Of a stretch of 64,000 nt of DNA, positions 1 through 8,988 are shown piece by piece. This stretch comes from a virus. The notes below the pieces were generated by a model. That model saw only the letters and a program-made list of their open reading frames with translations. It made no database searches and was not told the DNA's origin. The stretch is from the IMG/VR virus record IMGVR_UViG_3300037840_000333, positions 1-64,000 of that record; one strand, written 5' to 3'. Position numbers and translations under genes: made by a program. Within the stretch, counting starts at the first letter, position 1. Every line of letters begins with the position of its first letter.

Positions 1-69
1 CCGCAGTTCTTACACGGTGTCTTCGGTGGGCGACTCACGATTCCTCCTCCGCATCGTCCGAACGGTCGC

Positions 70-312
70 TCACCATGTCTCATACCAACCGCATCGCTCA
101 CACACACCAAATGCGGTCCACGAAGCCGGGCCACACCATTCGCACACGGCGAGGAATCTTGGCGCAGCCGTAATCTTCGGTGCCCGCTTGGGTGCTTGGG
201 CCGGATCAGGCATGGCCTCGTGCTGGCCCTTGGTGATGGCGTGCTCGCCGGTGTCGTCGTCGTCGGTCGCCGGAAGCTGGCCGACGCTGTGAGTGCGCTC
301 GTGGCGCTTCAT
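70..312 (-). CDS. Hypothetical protein with C-terminal CxxC/CxxC zinc ribbon
   Basis: ATG overlaps the upstream stop (ATGA); VCEWC...VCERC. Confidence 0.6.
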   Translation of the reverse strand: MKRHERTHSVGQLPATDDDDTGEHAITKGQHEAMPDPAQAPKRAPKITAAPRFLAVCEWCGPASWTAFGVCERCGWYETW

Positions 313-695
313 ACCACGCCGCCTTCGGCCGCCTTCTGCAACTCCGCCTCGATCCTGTCCGCCAGCTCCTCGCAGATATGGCGGGCTCGGGTGCTGTCGA
401 ACACCTGGTCGCCGGGGGGCGGGTTCCAGCACATCGACGCCGCTCCAATGGCGATGCCGACGGCCTCCTCGATGTCGGAAGCCTCGTCCAGCACCTTCTC
501 CGGGCCGCCGGGCTGGCCGGGGCGCGGCTCCGTCTCCCGTCGGCCGGCGTCTCGGCCGACCTCGATGGCGTTGGCGAACCAGCCGAGCATGGTGCCGGTG
601 TCGATCCGCTGGTCCTGCTGCCAGAGGCGCATGAACTCTCGGGTCCAGACCTCGGCGTCCGTCGTGCTGTGCAACAGGTCGGTCAGCTCGCTCAT
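309..695 (-). CDS. Hypothetical phage protein
   Basis: GAGGAGGAG RBS; 128 aa; GC3-rich codons. Confidence 0.75.
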   Translation of the reverse strand: MSELTDLLHSTTDAEVWTREFMRLWQQDQRIDTGTMLGWFANAIEVGRDAGRRETEPRPGQPGGPEKVLDEASDIEEAVGIAIGAASMCWNPPPGDQVFDSTRARHICEELADRIEAELQKAAEGGVV

Positions 696-728
696 CGGCT
701 CCTCCTCGTGGTCGGCCGGTCGCTAACG

Positions 729-1184
729 CTAGCGCGGGGGCTCGCCTCGGGTCCTCCTCATCGCGGCCATCGCCTCCTCCACGCCGGCGGTGCCGGCTTC
801 CAGCGCCGCGCCGATCTCCGCCTCCTCGACGCCGATGGCACCCAGGGCGGCGAAGATGGCCTGGCCCACGGTGGCCTCCTCGGTGTCCGGGTGCATGCTC
901 GCCACGATCCGGCAGAACGGCGACGTCGCCGACAGCAGGAAGGTGACGGCCGCCACCCGGGTCGTTCCCTGATGGGCCTCGACGGCCGCTCGCACCTGAT
1001 CTTGCTCGTGCTCGGGCAGGTCGCCGCTGAGCGTCAGCTCAACGTGCCGGTGGCCGCAGTCCCGGGCCTCGTGGTCGGCCTCGTGCTGGTCCTCGGCCGG
1101 GCGACTGTCGATGAGCTGGTCCGTGTGGCTGATGCCGTGGACGAGGTGCAGGTGGGCCGCGGTCTCTCGGTGGTCGCCGCTCAT
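729..1184 (-). CDS. Hypothetical protein
   Basis: Start reassigned to ATG 1184, which overlaps the stop of the RHH-like ORF (ATGA). Confidence 0.65.
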   Translation of the reverse strand: MSGDHRETAAHLHLVHGISHTDQLIDSRPAEDQHEADHEARDCGHRHVELTLSGDLPEHEQDQVRAAVEAHQGTTRVAAVTFLLSATSPFCRIVASMHPDTEEATVGQAIFAALGAIGVEEAEIGAALEAGTAGVEEAMAAMRRTRGEPPR

Positions 1185-1375
1185 CGGCACGTCAGGCAGG
1201 TGCAGGTGCCGGCATGGCTCGTCGTCCGCTGGCCGCGCTGGGGCGGTGCTCGCATCAGCAGGCGGCGCTTCGCCCATGCAACGGTTTCCAGCCCGGCCGC
1301 GGCGGCCTGGGCATCGACCTCAGCCCGCTCCTCCTCCGTCAGCCTGATGCCCAGCACCCGGGTCGTCCTCGCCAT
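1181..1375 (-). CDS. Ribbon-helix-helix (CopG/MobC-like) DNA-binding protein
   Basis: MARTTRVLGIRLTEEERAEVDAQAAAAGLETVAWAKRRLL fits the beta-alpha-alpha RHH pattern; coupled to the next gene. Confidence 0.6.
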   Translation of the reverse strand: MARTTRVLGIRLTEEERAEVDAQAAAAGLETVAWAKRRLLMRAPPQRGQRTTSHAGTCTCLTCR

Positions 1376-2111
1376 CGGTGTTAACAATAGCGGGCTCGTC
1401 GCCGTTGCTGTTAACAGTCGCCACGGCCTCGATGGGCTCCGCCCGGCGCAGCAGCTCGGCCCGCTCCTGCTTGATCTGCTGCAGGCGGTCGTACACCTGC
1501 CGGCCCGTGATCGTGCTGGCCGGCGTCTCGGGCTCGGCCTGAGGTTCGCCCATTTCCGCTGGTCGCATGATCTTCCCGGCCACCTGGGCCGCTCGCCAAT
1601 CCGGTGGTGCCTCGTCGGTCTCGATGATGACCTGCTCGATCCGGCCGCCACTGACCTCGCCGTTCGCGCCGATTTCGATGGCCTGGTCGCCGGCGGTGAT
1701 GATCTGCCTGGTCCTCCGCCTGGTCGGGCGCTCCCGGGTCATGCCGGCCGCGCTGGCGATGGTGCCCCACACGAGCATGCCGGCCTGGCCCTGGGCCTGG
1801 CGGAACTCCAAGGCGAACACCATGCACAGGCGCTCAAACTGGTCTCGATCGTTCCACCGCTTCGCCGCGGCCAGGTCGGCCGTGCGCATCCACTTGGCGA
1901 GCGTGGTGCGGCTGATGCCCACGTAATCGCAGGCCACGGAGGGTGGAGCTCCACTGCGGACGCTGGTCACGAACTGGTCCTTCAGCGCGTTCGTGAGGCG
2001 CGTTTTAGGCCCCTGACCTCGGCGTTCTTGCCGCTGTTTTCGGGTCAGCGTCTCCATGGTCGGGCGTCGGTCGGGTATCGCCCCTGGTCGTGGGGTTTCC
2101 GCCGTCGTCAT
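1320..2111 (-). CDS. Terminase small subunit-like HTH protein
   Basis: GPKTRLT...SGAPPSVACDYVGISRTTLAKW HTH, EFRQAQGQA helix and DWRAA motif, as in actinophage TerS-like proteins. Confidence 0.6.
   Translation of the reverse strand: MTTAETPRPGAIPDRRPTMETLTRKQRQERRGQGPKTRLTNALKDQFVTSVRSGAPPSVACDYVGISRTTLAKWMRTADLAAAKRWNDRDQFERLCMVFALEFRQAQGQAGMLVWGTIASAAGMTRERPTRRRTRQIITAGDQAIEIGANGEVSGGRIEQVIIETDEAPPDWRAAQVAGKIMRPAEMGEPQAEPETPASTITGRQVYDRLQQIKQERAELLRRAEPIEAVATVNSNGDEPAIVNTDGEDDPGAGHQADGGGAG
1379..1417 (-). promoter_or_regulatory. Two TGTTAACA palindromes overlapping a putative promoter of the RHH gene
   Basis: TGTTAACA at 1379-1386 and CTGTTAACAG at 1408-1417; minus strand reads TTAACA-N19-TATTGT-N8-ATG. 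Confidence 0.5.
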
Positions 2112-2464
2112 CGTTTCCGTCTCCGCTCGATCTTCGTCGCCTTGGCTGCGTTCGTGTCTGCCGTGGGATCGTCCAGATGCTCAACGAGGAGGGCGGCCGT
2201 CGTGATCTTCCACGTGTAGTCGCCCCGTCGGCCGTCGCCGGTGTCCCGCACCGCAATCCTCCCTTGGCGGTAGAGGGCCCCGAGGTACGGCAGAAGGTCC
2301 TCGGCGTAGGTTCCGTGCTCGCCGCCGTGCTCGTGGCGTAGGCGGGCAATGTGGGGCGGCTCGTGGACGACTGGCACCAGGGCTCGTGCCGTGATCGGGC
2401 CTCGCTCTCGGATGCTCTCGGCGAGCTGGTCCTCGTAGGCCTGACGGGCAGCCGCGGTGTCCAC
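2108..2464 (-). CDS. Hypothetical protein (possible winged helix)
   Basis: 118-aa ORF coupled to the downstream gene. Confidence 0.6.
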   Translation of the reverse strand: MDTAAARQAYEDQLAESIRERGPITARALVPVVHEPPHIARLRHEHGGEHGTYAEDLLPYLGALYRQGRIAVRDTGDGRRGDYTWKITTAALLVEHLDDPTADTNAAKATKIERRRKR

Positions 2465-2488
2465 GGGCGCCCATGGTACGACGCTCGG

Positions 2489-2893
2489 TTACCTCGGGGC
2501 GGGTTGCCGGCGCTGTACCCGGTTGGCCTTCGCCGGGCCGAGAGGCTGGCTGGGCACGATGCCGAGCTGGGCCGCAGCGTCGTTCTGCGCCTGGGCGGCC
2601 TGAGCGGCCTCCTCGGCCGCCTTCATGGCCTCAAAGTCCACGGCGTAGCCCTCCGCCTCGATGACCTCCCACGCGCCCGGGGCGACGGTCATGATGTCGA
2701 AGCCGAGGGCATGGTTCGGCTGATCGTCCAGCTCGACCCGCTTGCGGACCATCAGCTCGCCCTGGGGCCCGACCTGCCAGCCAGCGGCGAGCCCTTCCCA
2801 ACTCACCTGGCCGCTGATCGTCGTCGGGCTGTTGCCCTGGGCCTGCTGGGTGGCGGCGTCGGTCTCGTCCCAGGGGTGGAAGACGATGCCCAC
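2489..2893 (-). CDS. Hypothetical protein
   Basis: 134-aa ORF with overlapping start/stop. Confidence 0.7.
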   Translation of the reverse strand: MGIVFHPWDETDAATQQAQGNSPTTISGQVSWEGLAAGWQVGPQGELMVRKRVELDDQPNHALGFDIMTVAPGAWEVIEAEGYAVDFEAMKAAEEAAQAAQAQNDAAAQLGIVPSQPLGPAKANRVQRRQPAPR

Positions 2894-3195
2894 TAGAGGT
2901 CGATCCGGTCGCGCAGGCGGTCGAGGCGCAGCTCGATCGCGACCAGTCGGTTGCCGTCGGTGTGCAGGTCCATCGCCAGTGTCGAGCGGGGCGGGGGGTC
3001 CGTGCCGATCTTCTCCTCGGCCGCCTCGGGGTTGCCGGGCAGCACCACCCTGTCGAGCGCGTCCTCCAAGCGGGCGACGCCGTTCTCGATGCGGCTGATC
3101 GTGTTGGTCAGCTTCTCGTGCTGGGCCTCGACCTCGCCCGGCGACCGGGTAGCTACGGCGACAGCTCGGTTCGGATTTTCGGTGGTGGTCTCCAT
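2893..3195 (-). CDS. Hypothetical coiled-coil protein, probably leaderless
   Basis: TAGCGT -10 box lies 7 nt before ATG 3195; heptad pattern. Confidence 0.7.
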   Translation of the reverse strand: METTTENPNRAVAVATRSPGEVEAQHEKLTNTISRIENGVARLEDALDRVVLPGNPEAAEEKIGTDPPPRSTLAMDLHTDGNRLVAIELRLDRLRDRIDL

Positions 3196-3234
3196 GCGCC
3201 GCACGCTAGCGCGGGCGTCTAGCTCCGTCGAGCG

Positions 3235-3591
3235 TCAGGCGTAGGCAAGCGACAAGCTGGCGTACCAGTTCGTGCCGTCGCTCCACGCTGCCACGCGGTC
3301 AACGGCGCTGGCCGTGGTGCTGAGCGTATGCGTGCCGCCGCTCCACTTCACGGCGCCGCTCGTGGCCGCCCACGTCGCCACGCGGCTCCCGGTGCCGTCC
3401 TGGCTGACGAGCACGTCGATCTTGCCGCCGGCGATGGGCGCCGGGAACGTGAGCGTCTGGCTGGCGGTGAGCGTGATCGAGCTGCCTCCGATGGGCAACG
3501 TCGCTCCGCCGGCGCCACTGCTGCCCAGCGCACCGAAGCCGGTTCCCTCGATGAGGACGCCGGCGGCGTCGCTTCCCTGTGGTCCACCCAT
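3235..3591 (-). CDS. Small beta-rich protein resembling a tail-fibre C-terminal domain
   Basis: QDGTGSRVATW..VKWSGG..LSTTASAVD..SDGTNWY resembles phage fibre domains; GAGGAG RBS. Confidence 0.55.
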   Translation of the reverse strand: MGGPQGSDAAGVLIEGTGFGALGSSGAGGATLPIGGSSITLTASQTLTFPAPIAGGKIDVLVSQDGTGSRVATWAATSGAVKWSGGTHTLSTTASAVDRVAAWSDGTNWYASLSLAYA

Positions 3592-3647
3592 GTCGGTTCT
3601 CCTCGGTCGAGCGCGGGTTCGTATCCGCCCGCAGGCTACCCGGCGGC

Positions 3648-4046
3648 TCAGGCCGCGGTGGGGACCTCGTGACGCAGGGCGGCCAGGTCCACGACGTAGC
3701 CGTGGGGCTCGTCGCCGAGGAGGCTGGTGATCCGGCCGTCCACGGTGATGAGCACTCGGGCGCTCCATGCCTGCTCGCTCAGGGCCTCGGCCGCCTTCAT
3801 GGCCGGTCGCAGGGTGTCGTAGCCGGCGCCGTGGTCGCGGAGCACGCCGATCAGCCGCAGCATGCGGAGCTGGCTCGGCGCCCACTGCCGGGTGCCCGGC
3901 CCGCCCTCGGGCAACACGACGTGCTGGCTCGGGGCGATGATTTCGGTGCGGACGAGGTAGTCGAGCTGGCGATAGCTCAGCCCGGCCGCCGCCGCTGCCT
4001 CGCCCGAGGTCAGGGTCCTGCTGCTGGTCTGCATGGACGTATCCAT
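3648..4046 (-). CDS. MerR-family HTH transcriptional regulator
   Basis: EAAAAAGLSYRQLDYLVRTEIIAPS...GTRQW..QLRMLRLIGVLRDHG is an actinobacterial MerR signature. Confidence 0.85.
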   Translation of the reverse strand: MDTSMQTSSRTLTSGEAAAAAGLSYRQLDYLVRTEIIAPSQHVVLPEGGPGTRQWAPSQLRMLRLIGVLRDHGAGYDTLRPAMKAAEALSEQAWSARVLITVDGRITSLLGDEPHGYVVDLAALRHEVPTAA

Positions 4047-4161
4047 ACCAGGAAGCGTATCGCTAGCAATCGCGAGCGGTGGGGGATGGCTGGCCCGGCC
4101 CGGGTCGGTGATCGTAGTCCCTCCGCCCCGGGGCCTGGCCCGCCTCGTGCAGCGTACTCCC

Positions 4162-4296
4162 TCACCAGGGCTCGGCCCGCTGTAGGGCCCGGTACACCCG
4201 CTGGCGGCTGATCCCGTAGTAGCGGGCGATCTGGCCCACGGTGAAGCTGGGGAACAGTGAGGCGATGAGCTGGTCGGTCGGCTTGGCGATCCTCAT
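4162..4296 (-). CDS. 44-aa HTH protein (not in ORF track)
   Basis: MRIAKPTDQLIASLFPSFTVGQIARYYGISRQRVYRALQRAEPW; ATGA overlap with the upstream gene. Confidence 0.65.
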   Translation of the reverse strand: MRIAKPTDQLIASLFPSFTVGQIARYYGISRQRVYRALQRAEPW

Positions 4297-4775
4297 GGCG
4301 AGTAGCACCCGACCCACGTCTGCGGGGTCGTCGCCGTCTCGGTGCCGCCGGCGTCGGTGTAGGTATCGACCACCCGGTAGTACTCATTGGCGTCGATGCA
4401 CGGCGTCACGAGGGTCTGGCTCTCGTGGCTCCGGTGGGTGGCGACGCTGCTCGTGCAGGTCACCGTGGTCCACGGGTAGGTGCCGGGGGTGTAGACGTAC
4501 TCAAACGGCTGGGCCTGCAGACAGGTGCTCACCTGGGTCACCGGCGCGCCGGCGCCGTTCGTGCAGGTGCTCGTGGCCTTGACCTCGGTGTGATGGCCGA
4601 CCTGCTTCGGCAGGGCCGGCGCGCTGCTCACGCAGATCGGTGCCGGCCTCGGCGTTGCTGCGCCGGCCGTGACGGCTGAGGCGATGAGGACGCCGGCGGT
4701 GGCGAGCGTCAGGGCGATGGCCGCTGCCAGCAGTCCGATCAGGACCGTCTGGATGATGCCTCGGGTGGTGGTCAT
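4293..4775 (-). CDS. Secreted or membrane-anchored Cys-containing protein
   Basis: Long N-terminal hydrophobic signal; six Cys in a Thr-rich beta domain. Confidence 0.75.
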   Translation of the reverse strand: MTTTRGIIQTVLIGLLAAAIALTLATAGVLIASAVTAGAATPRPAPICVSSAPALPKQVGHHTEVKATSTCTNGAGAPVTQVSTCLQAQPFEYVYTPGTYPWTTVTCTSSVATHRSHESQTLVTPCIDANEYYRVVDTYTDAGGTETATTPQTWVGCYSP

Positions 4776-4807
4776 GGTGGTGGTTTCCCTTCGGTGGTGG
4801 TCTAGCT

Positions 4808-4981
4808 CTACAGCCCGAACCCTCGCAGCAGCTTCCTCGTGATGCCGTTCGTGGTCAGGTACACCTTGCGCCTCACGATGCGCTTGCCGTAGGCCGTCGG
4901 GCCCTTGGCCGCGGCCTGGACGTTGCCGAGGTCCCTGGCCGCTCGGTAGGTCTGATTCCGTAGCCGGCTGATCTTGCTCAT
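4808..4981 (-). CDS. Small basic hypothetical protein
   Basis: MSKISRLRNQTYRAARDLGNVQAAAKG; coupled start. Confidence 0.7.
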   Translation of the reverse strand: MSKISRLRNQTYRAARDLGNVQAAAKGPTAYGKRIVRRKVYLTTNGITRKLLRGFGL

Positions 4982-5160
4982 GGGCTGAACCTCGCCATTC
5001 GGTACTCCAATAGGTCGTGGTGGTACTTGCACAGCCCTCGCTCGTAGGGCTGGCGCTCGCACTCCTCGTGCTTGCACACCACCGGCTCGGCGTTCGGGGC
5101 GAACCTGTCCACCACGCCGGTCCCTCGGTGCTGCCAGACGACGATGTGGCGCCCGGTCAT
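4978..5160 (-). CDS. Small zinc-finger protein
   Basis: CKHEEC..RGLCKYH; ATGA overlaps. Confidence 0.6.
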   Translation of the reverse strand: MTGRHIVVWQHRGTGVVDRFAPNAEPVVCKHEECERQPYERGLCKYHHDLLEYRMARFSP

Positions 5161-5819
5161 GCCGGACACGTCCTCAGCTCGGCGGCGATGGCGTTGGCGA
5201 TCCAGGTGCTGCCCACGGCCGTCGGGTGGATGGCGTCCTGCACCACCAGTCCCTTCGGGCCGCCGGCCTCTAGGGCGTTGAGCTGTTGGAGCACCGTGAT
5301 GCCTCCGTCCGGGTTGATCCCTTCGCCGGCCAGCGAGGCTCGCACCGCGGCATTCCAGTCGATGACCCGGATGCGCCCTGGCTCCGCCTGGCGCAGTGCG
5401 TTGATCCGGCTGTCGAGCCGCTTGGCGATGGGGATCGTCGGCTGCCAGATGGCCGTCTCCTCGCTCACCGTGAAGAGGATCAGGCAGGGTGCGCTCGCCG
5501 TGTCGGCCATCAGCGTCTGCCAGGCCGTCAGCCAGTGGCGGTCGCTGCCGATGGCGTCGTTCGTCCCCAGGTTGATCACCATGTTGTGCGCTCCGGCGAA
5601 GGCCACGGCGTAGGGCATCATGTCTCCAATGCGCTTCCCCTCGATGGCGGCGACCTGATAGTTCTGGCCCGTAAGCGCCGTGGCGATGGCGGGCTCGGAC
5701 AGGTAGGTGATCGAGTCACCCACAATGGCGGTGGTCGGTGGTGCCGCTGCCGCGGCCGGTGCGAACAACATCGCCGCAGCGGCCATCGCCAGCAGGCAGA
5801 TGGTGGTGGTCCTTTTCAT
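5157..5819 (-). CDS. Secreted SGNH/GDSL hydrolase (esterase/acyltransferase)
   Basis: Signal peptide; block I IVGDSI, block III INLGTND, block V DAIHP. Confidence 0.9.
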   Translation of the reverse strand: MKRTTTICLLAMAAAAMLFAPAAAAAPPTTAIVGDSITYLSEPAIATALTGQNYQVAAIEGKRIGDMMPYAVAFAGAHNMVINLGTNDAIGSDRHWLTAWQTLMADTASAPCLILFTVSEETAIWQPTIPIAKRLDSRINALRQAEPGRIRVIDWNAAVRASLAGEGINPDGGITVLQQLNALEAGGPKGLVVQDAIHPTAVGSTWIANAIAAELRTCPA

Positions 5820-6031
5820 GGTGCCTCCCAGGGCGAGCACAGCTTTCGGTCGATGGTGCATACCTCGTGCCGGCAGGCGTTCCACCCGGCCTTGCCGTGG
5901 GGCTGGCCGCCTCCGTCGCCGGGCTCAATGCTGGGCCGCTCGTGATTGTGGCGGAACTCGCTGGCCGACCGCAGCTCCATCTGCAACACGCGGATGAACT
6001 CCTCGGCGGTGACGGCGCTCACGTACTTCAT
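5816..6031 (-). CDS. Hypothetical protein
   Basis: ATGA-coupled on both sides. Confidence 0.55.
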   Translation of the reverse strand: MKYVSAVTAEEFIRVLQMELRSASEFRHNHERPSIEPGDGGGQPHGKAGWNACRHEVCTIDRKLCSPWEAP

Positions 6032-6231
6032 GGCTTCCACTCCGGGTGGCCGATCAGCCAGTGCCGGTTCGCCATGGCCTCGGCGCTCACGCGGTCGGCG
6101 GCGATGAAGCCGTTCACGCACTCCCGGCACTCGCCACGGTGCATGCGCTCCTCGGTGGGCAGGTGGAGCTGCGCCTTGGTGGTGATAGGCGTCAGCTCCA
6201 CCGGCCCGATCATGTCGGCGACCGCATTCAC
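6028..6231 (-). CDS. Small zinc-finger-like protein
   Basis: CREC..H..H; coupled. Confidence 0.55.
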   Translation of the reverse strand: MNAVADMIGPVELTPITTKAQLHLPTEERMHRGECRECVNGFIAADRVSAEAMANRHWLIGHPEWKP

Positions 6232-6431
6232 GGCCGTCGCTCCTCCGCCAACCTGGCATGCTCCCGCACGTTGTCAGCGAACTGCTCGCCCAGCCCGAAC
6301 ACCGCCGCAATGGCGAGCCCGGCGATGATGGCGAGGGCGTTGCTCGTGGCCGCCGCCGCGAGCCCGCCGGCTACCAGCCCAACCACGAACCAGTAGCCGA
6401 TACGGGCTCGGCGCCGCCGCGTCGGGCTCAT
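6228..6431 (-). CDS. Small two-TM membrane protein
   Basis: Basic N-terminus followed by two hydrophobic helices. Confidence 0.7.
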   Translation of the reverse strand: MSPTRRRRARIGYWFVVGLVAGGLAAAATSNALAIIAGLAIAAVFGLGEQFADNVREHARLAEERRP

Positions 6432-7192
6432 GCCTGGCGCCGGCGGTAGTGCCGCTTCATCAACAGTCCGCCGGCTCCGAGAAGCACGATGCCGAGGACG
6501 AGGATGGGCGTCACGTTCGGGTTACCCGTGTACGCCAGCAACGGACCGCCTGCTGGCCCTGTGGCCGTCGTCGGGGTCGCTGGGCTGGTGGGTGGGGCGG
6601 CCGGCGTGCCGGGGGCCGGAGGGGAAGCCTGGGGAGGCGCTGGCGGGCTGCTGGCTGGTGGCACGGTCGCCGGTGGCGGGACCACCGGGCAGTTGGCGCT
6701 CGCTGGCTTGCCGGTCGGGCTGCACTGTGGCGTCGTCGGCGTGGTGACCGGGACCGTCGGGGTCGTCACCGGGACCGTCGGCGTGGTGACCGGCGGTGGG
6801 CAGTTGTCCAGCATGTCCTTGTGCCCCACGATGACCTTGCCGTCCGGGGGTGGCGTGCGCTCGGCGTCGTACTGCACCGTGCCGCACACGGCCGGGTAGG
6901 CCACATGCAGCGTCTCGCCCGGCGTGCTCCCGCTCGCCGTCCCGTAGATGGTGTTCTTCGCCGGGTCGTTGACCGAGAGCGTCCAGGTGCAGCCGTCCTC
7001 ATCGGCCGGGCACGCCGGCGTCGGGATGGTCAGTTGGAACTGCTGGGCGCTGTCATTCGCCACCAGGGTGACGTCGTCGGCGCCCGCAGCCTGGGCAAGC
7101 GCAATGCTCCCCAGCGTGAGCGCCGCTACTGCAGCGAGGACGATGGCGATGATGCCTGCCAGCCCTCCGTATCCATCGGTGTCGCGTGTCAT
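6428..7192 (-). CDS. Sortase-anchored (LAxTG) cell-wall surface protein
   Basis: N-terminal signal, Cys domain, Pro/Thr stalk with PVTTPT repeats, C-terminal LAYTG + TM + KRHYRRR. Confidence 0.85.
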   Translation of the reverse strand: MTRDTDGYGGLAGIIAIVLAAVAALTLGSIALAQAAGADDVTLVANDSAQQFQLTIPTPACPADEDGCTWTLSVNDPAKNTIYGTASGSTPGETLHVAYPAVCGTVQYDAERTPPPDGKVIVGHKDMLDNCPPPVTTPTVPVTTPTVPVTTPTTPQCSPTGKPASANCPVVPPPATVPPASSPPAPPQASPPAPGTPAAPPTSPATPTTATGPAGGPLLAYTGNPNVTPILVLGIVLLGAGGLLMKRHYRRRQA

Positions 7193-7242
7193 GGTGCTTC
7201 CTTTCGGTTGGGGGGTGTTGCGGGGGGTGTTGCGTGTCGCTC

Positions 7243-8988
7243 TCATCGTGTCGCCTCCGCCTTGGTCCGCTCGGGGTACACGACTGCGAGGGCTGGGGGG
7301 CAACCCTCAATGTCCAGATGCCGCCGGGCTCGGGTGCATGCAACGTACAGCAGGCGGTACTCGCCGACGTCCATACGCTCCAAGGGGAAGAAATCGCCGG
7401 CGAGCTGCACGCTGTCCCACTCCCGGCCCTTGCTCTTGTGCGCCGTCGAGACCACCACGTCGGCGTCCTCCTCGGCGGTCTCGTTCCCGGCGACCTTGAT
7501 GATGGTGTCCACGCCGTGGTCCTCGATCAGCTTGACCATCGGCTTCAGCTCGTCGCCGAGGATGTCGCTCTCGACGTAGCGCAGAACCTCGCCCCACGAG
7601 GCGAAGATGGCCAGCTCGGGGTGCTCGGTGCGCCGGCCCTCCATCAGGTCCTTCGCTCCCTGGGCGAACTCCACGATCTGCGTGCCTCCGCCCACGAGGT
7701 AGGGCGTGCGCCCGGCCTCTAGCTCGCCCAGCATGGCGATGATGGCGCCGGCGTTCGTCCGGGTGAGGATGCAGTCGGGCGTCTCGGTCGGGCCGACCGT
7801 TCCCGGCTTCCCCTTGCCTGTCAGCCGCAGCTCGGCGCCCTCGATGCTGGCGAGGATGGCATTGGCGACGGCGGCAATCTCGGGCCCGAAGCGGAAGCTG
7901 TTCGTCAGGTAGCGGGTCCGCTCGGCGGGCACCTGGGCCATGGCGTCGATGGCGCCCATCCACTCGTTGATGGCCTGCTGCGAGTCGCCGACGAACAGGG
8001 TCTGCTTGTCCTGCTGCAGGATGGCGCTGAGCATGACCGGGTTCATGTCCTGGGCCTCGTCCACCATGACGAACTCGCCCGGGATGACCGGCTTGCCCCG
8101 CACGCCCAGCTCCCACATCTTGACGTAGTGGTAGTGCTCAAACCGCAGCGTCCCGCTCGTGTCCTGAATGTCCTCCCACGCCGCCTCTAGGGCGTCGCTC
8201 AGGTGGGCAGCCAGCGCGTCGTTGTTGGCGTAGGTGCGCTCGCCGTCGTCTGTCGGCAGGTCGATGCCGGCGACGAGGCTGAAGTGCTTCACGCTCGGGT
8301 GCTTGTCGGCCGACTGGCAGAAGTTCTTGACGGCCTTCATCACGTAGCTGGCCTGCTGCTTCGGCTGGATCACCCGGGTCTCCTCGCCGACCTGGCAGAC
8401 GAACGGGGTGCGGAGCCCGAGCTGGCGGGCCATGGCGCTCCCGCTCTGGCGCTTGCCCTCGTCCATGCGGTGGCTGTAGTGCTTGCCGACCTGGCCGAAG
8501 GCGAGCGAGTGGACCGTGCGGGCCTTGACATTCTTCGGCAGCTTCGCCGCCGCGTCCATCACGATGCCCTTGTTGAACGCCGTGAACGTGCCCATCAGGG
8601 TCGTGGTCTCGGCACAGGCGACGCAGGTGCTCGTCTTGCCGCTGCCAGCGCCGGCCTGGGTGGCGCCGCTGACGCCGGCCCGGAAATCGGTCACCACGAG
8701 CTGCTGCTCGTCGGTGAGTGGGTGGCGGTCCTTCGGCGTCGGCGTCGGCTCCGCCGGCTTCGGGATCGTCGGGGTGCTCGTGCCGGTGGCCGCGTCGCAC
8801 GCCGCCTGGCCGCTGAACACGCCGCCGTCGGGGTCGATCTTGCCGTGCCGGGTCACCCACACCCGCTTGCCGTCGTCCTCAACGTGGAGCTGGGCGATGC
8901 CGGTGGTCGCCGGCACGCTGGCGCCGCAGCGAGCACACGGCTTCGTGTACCGGCTGCGGATCGTCTTGGCGGGGGTCTCGGCGCTCAT
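7243..8988 (-). CDS. UvrD/Rep-family SF1 DNA helicase with N-terminal Zn ribbon
   Basis: AGAGSGKT, VDEAQD, VGDSQQAI, LTNSFRF, STAHKSKGREW, LYVACTRAR. Confidence 0.95.
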   Translation of the reverse strand: MSAETPAKTIRSRYTKPCARCGASVPATTGIAQLHVEDDGKRVWVTRHGKIDPDGGVFSGQAACDAATGTSTPTIPKPAEPTPTPKDRHPLTDEQQLVVTDFRAGVSGATQAGAGSGKTSTCVACAETTTLMGTFTAFNKGIVMDAAAKLPKNVKARTVHSLAFGQVGKHYSHRMDEGKRQSGSAMARQLGLRTPFVCQVGEETRVIQPKQQASYVMKAVKNFCQSADKHPSVKHFSLVAGIDLPTDDGERTYANNDALAAHLSDALEAAWEDIQDTSGTLRFEHYHYVKMWELGVRGKPVIPGEFVMVDEAQDMNPVMLSAILQQDKQTLFVGDSQQAINEWMGAIDAMAQVPAERTRYLTNSFRFGPEIAAVANAILASIEGAELRLTGKGKPGTVGPTETPDCILTRTNAGAIIAMLGELEAGRTPYLVGGGTQIVEFAQGAKDLMEGRRTEHPELAIFASWGEVLRYVESDILGDELKPMVKLIEDHGVDTIIKVAGNETAEEDADVVVSTAHKSKGREWDSVQLAGDFFPLERMDVGEYRLLYVACTRARRHLDIEGCPPALAVVYPERTKAEATR

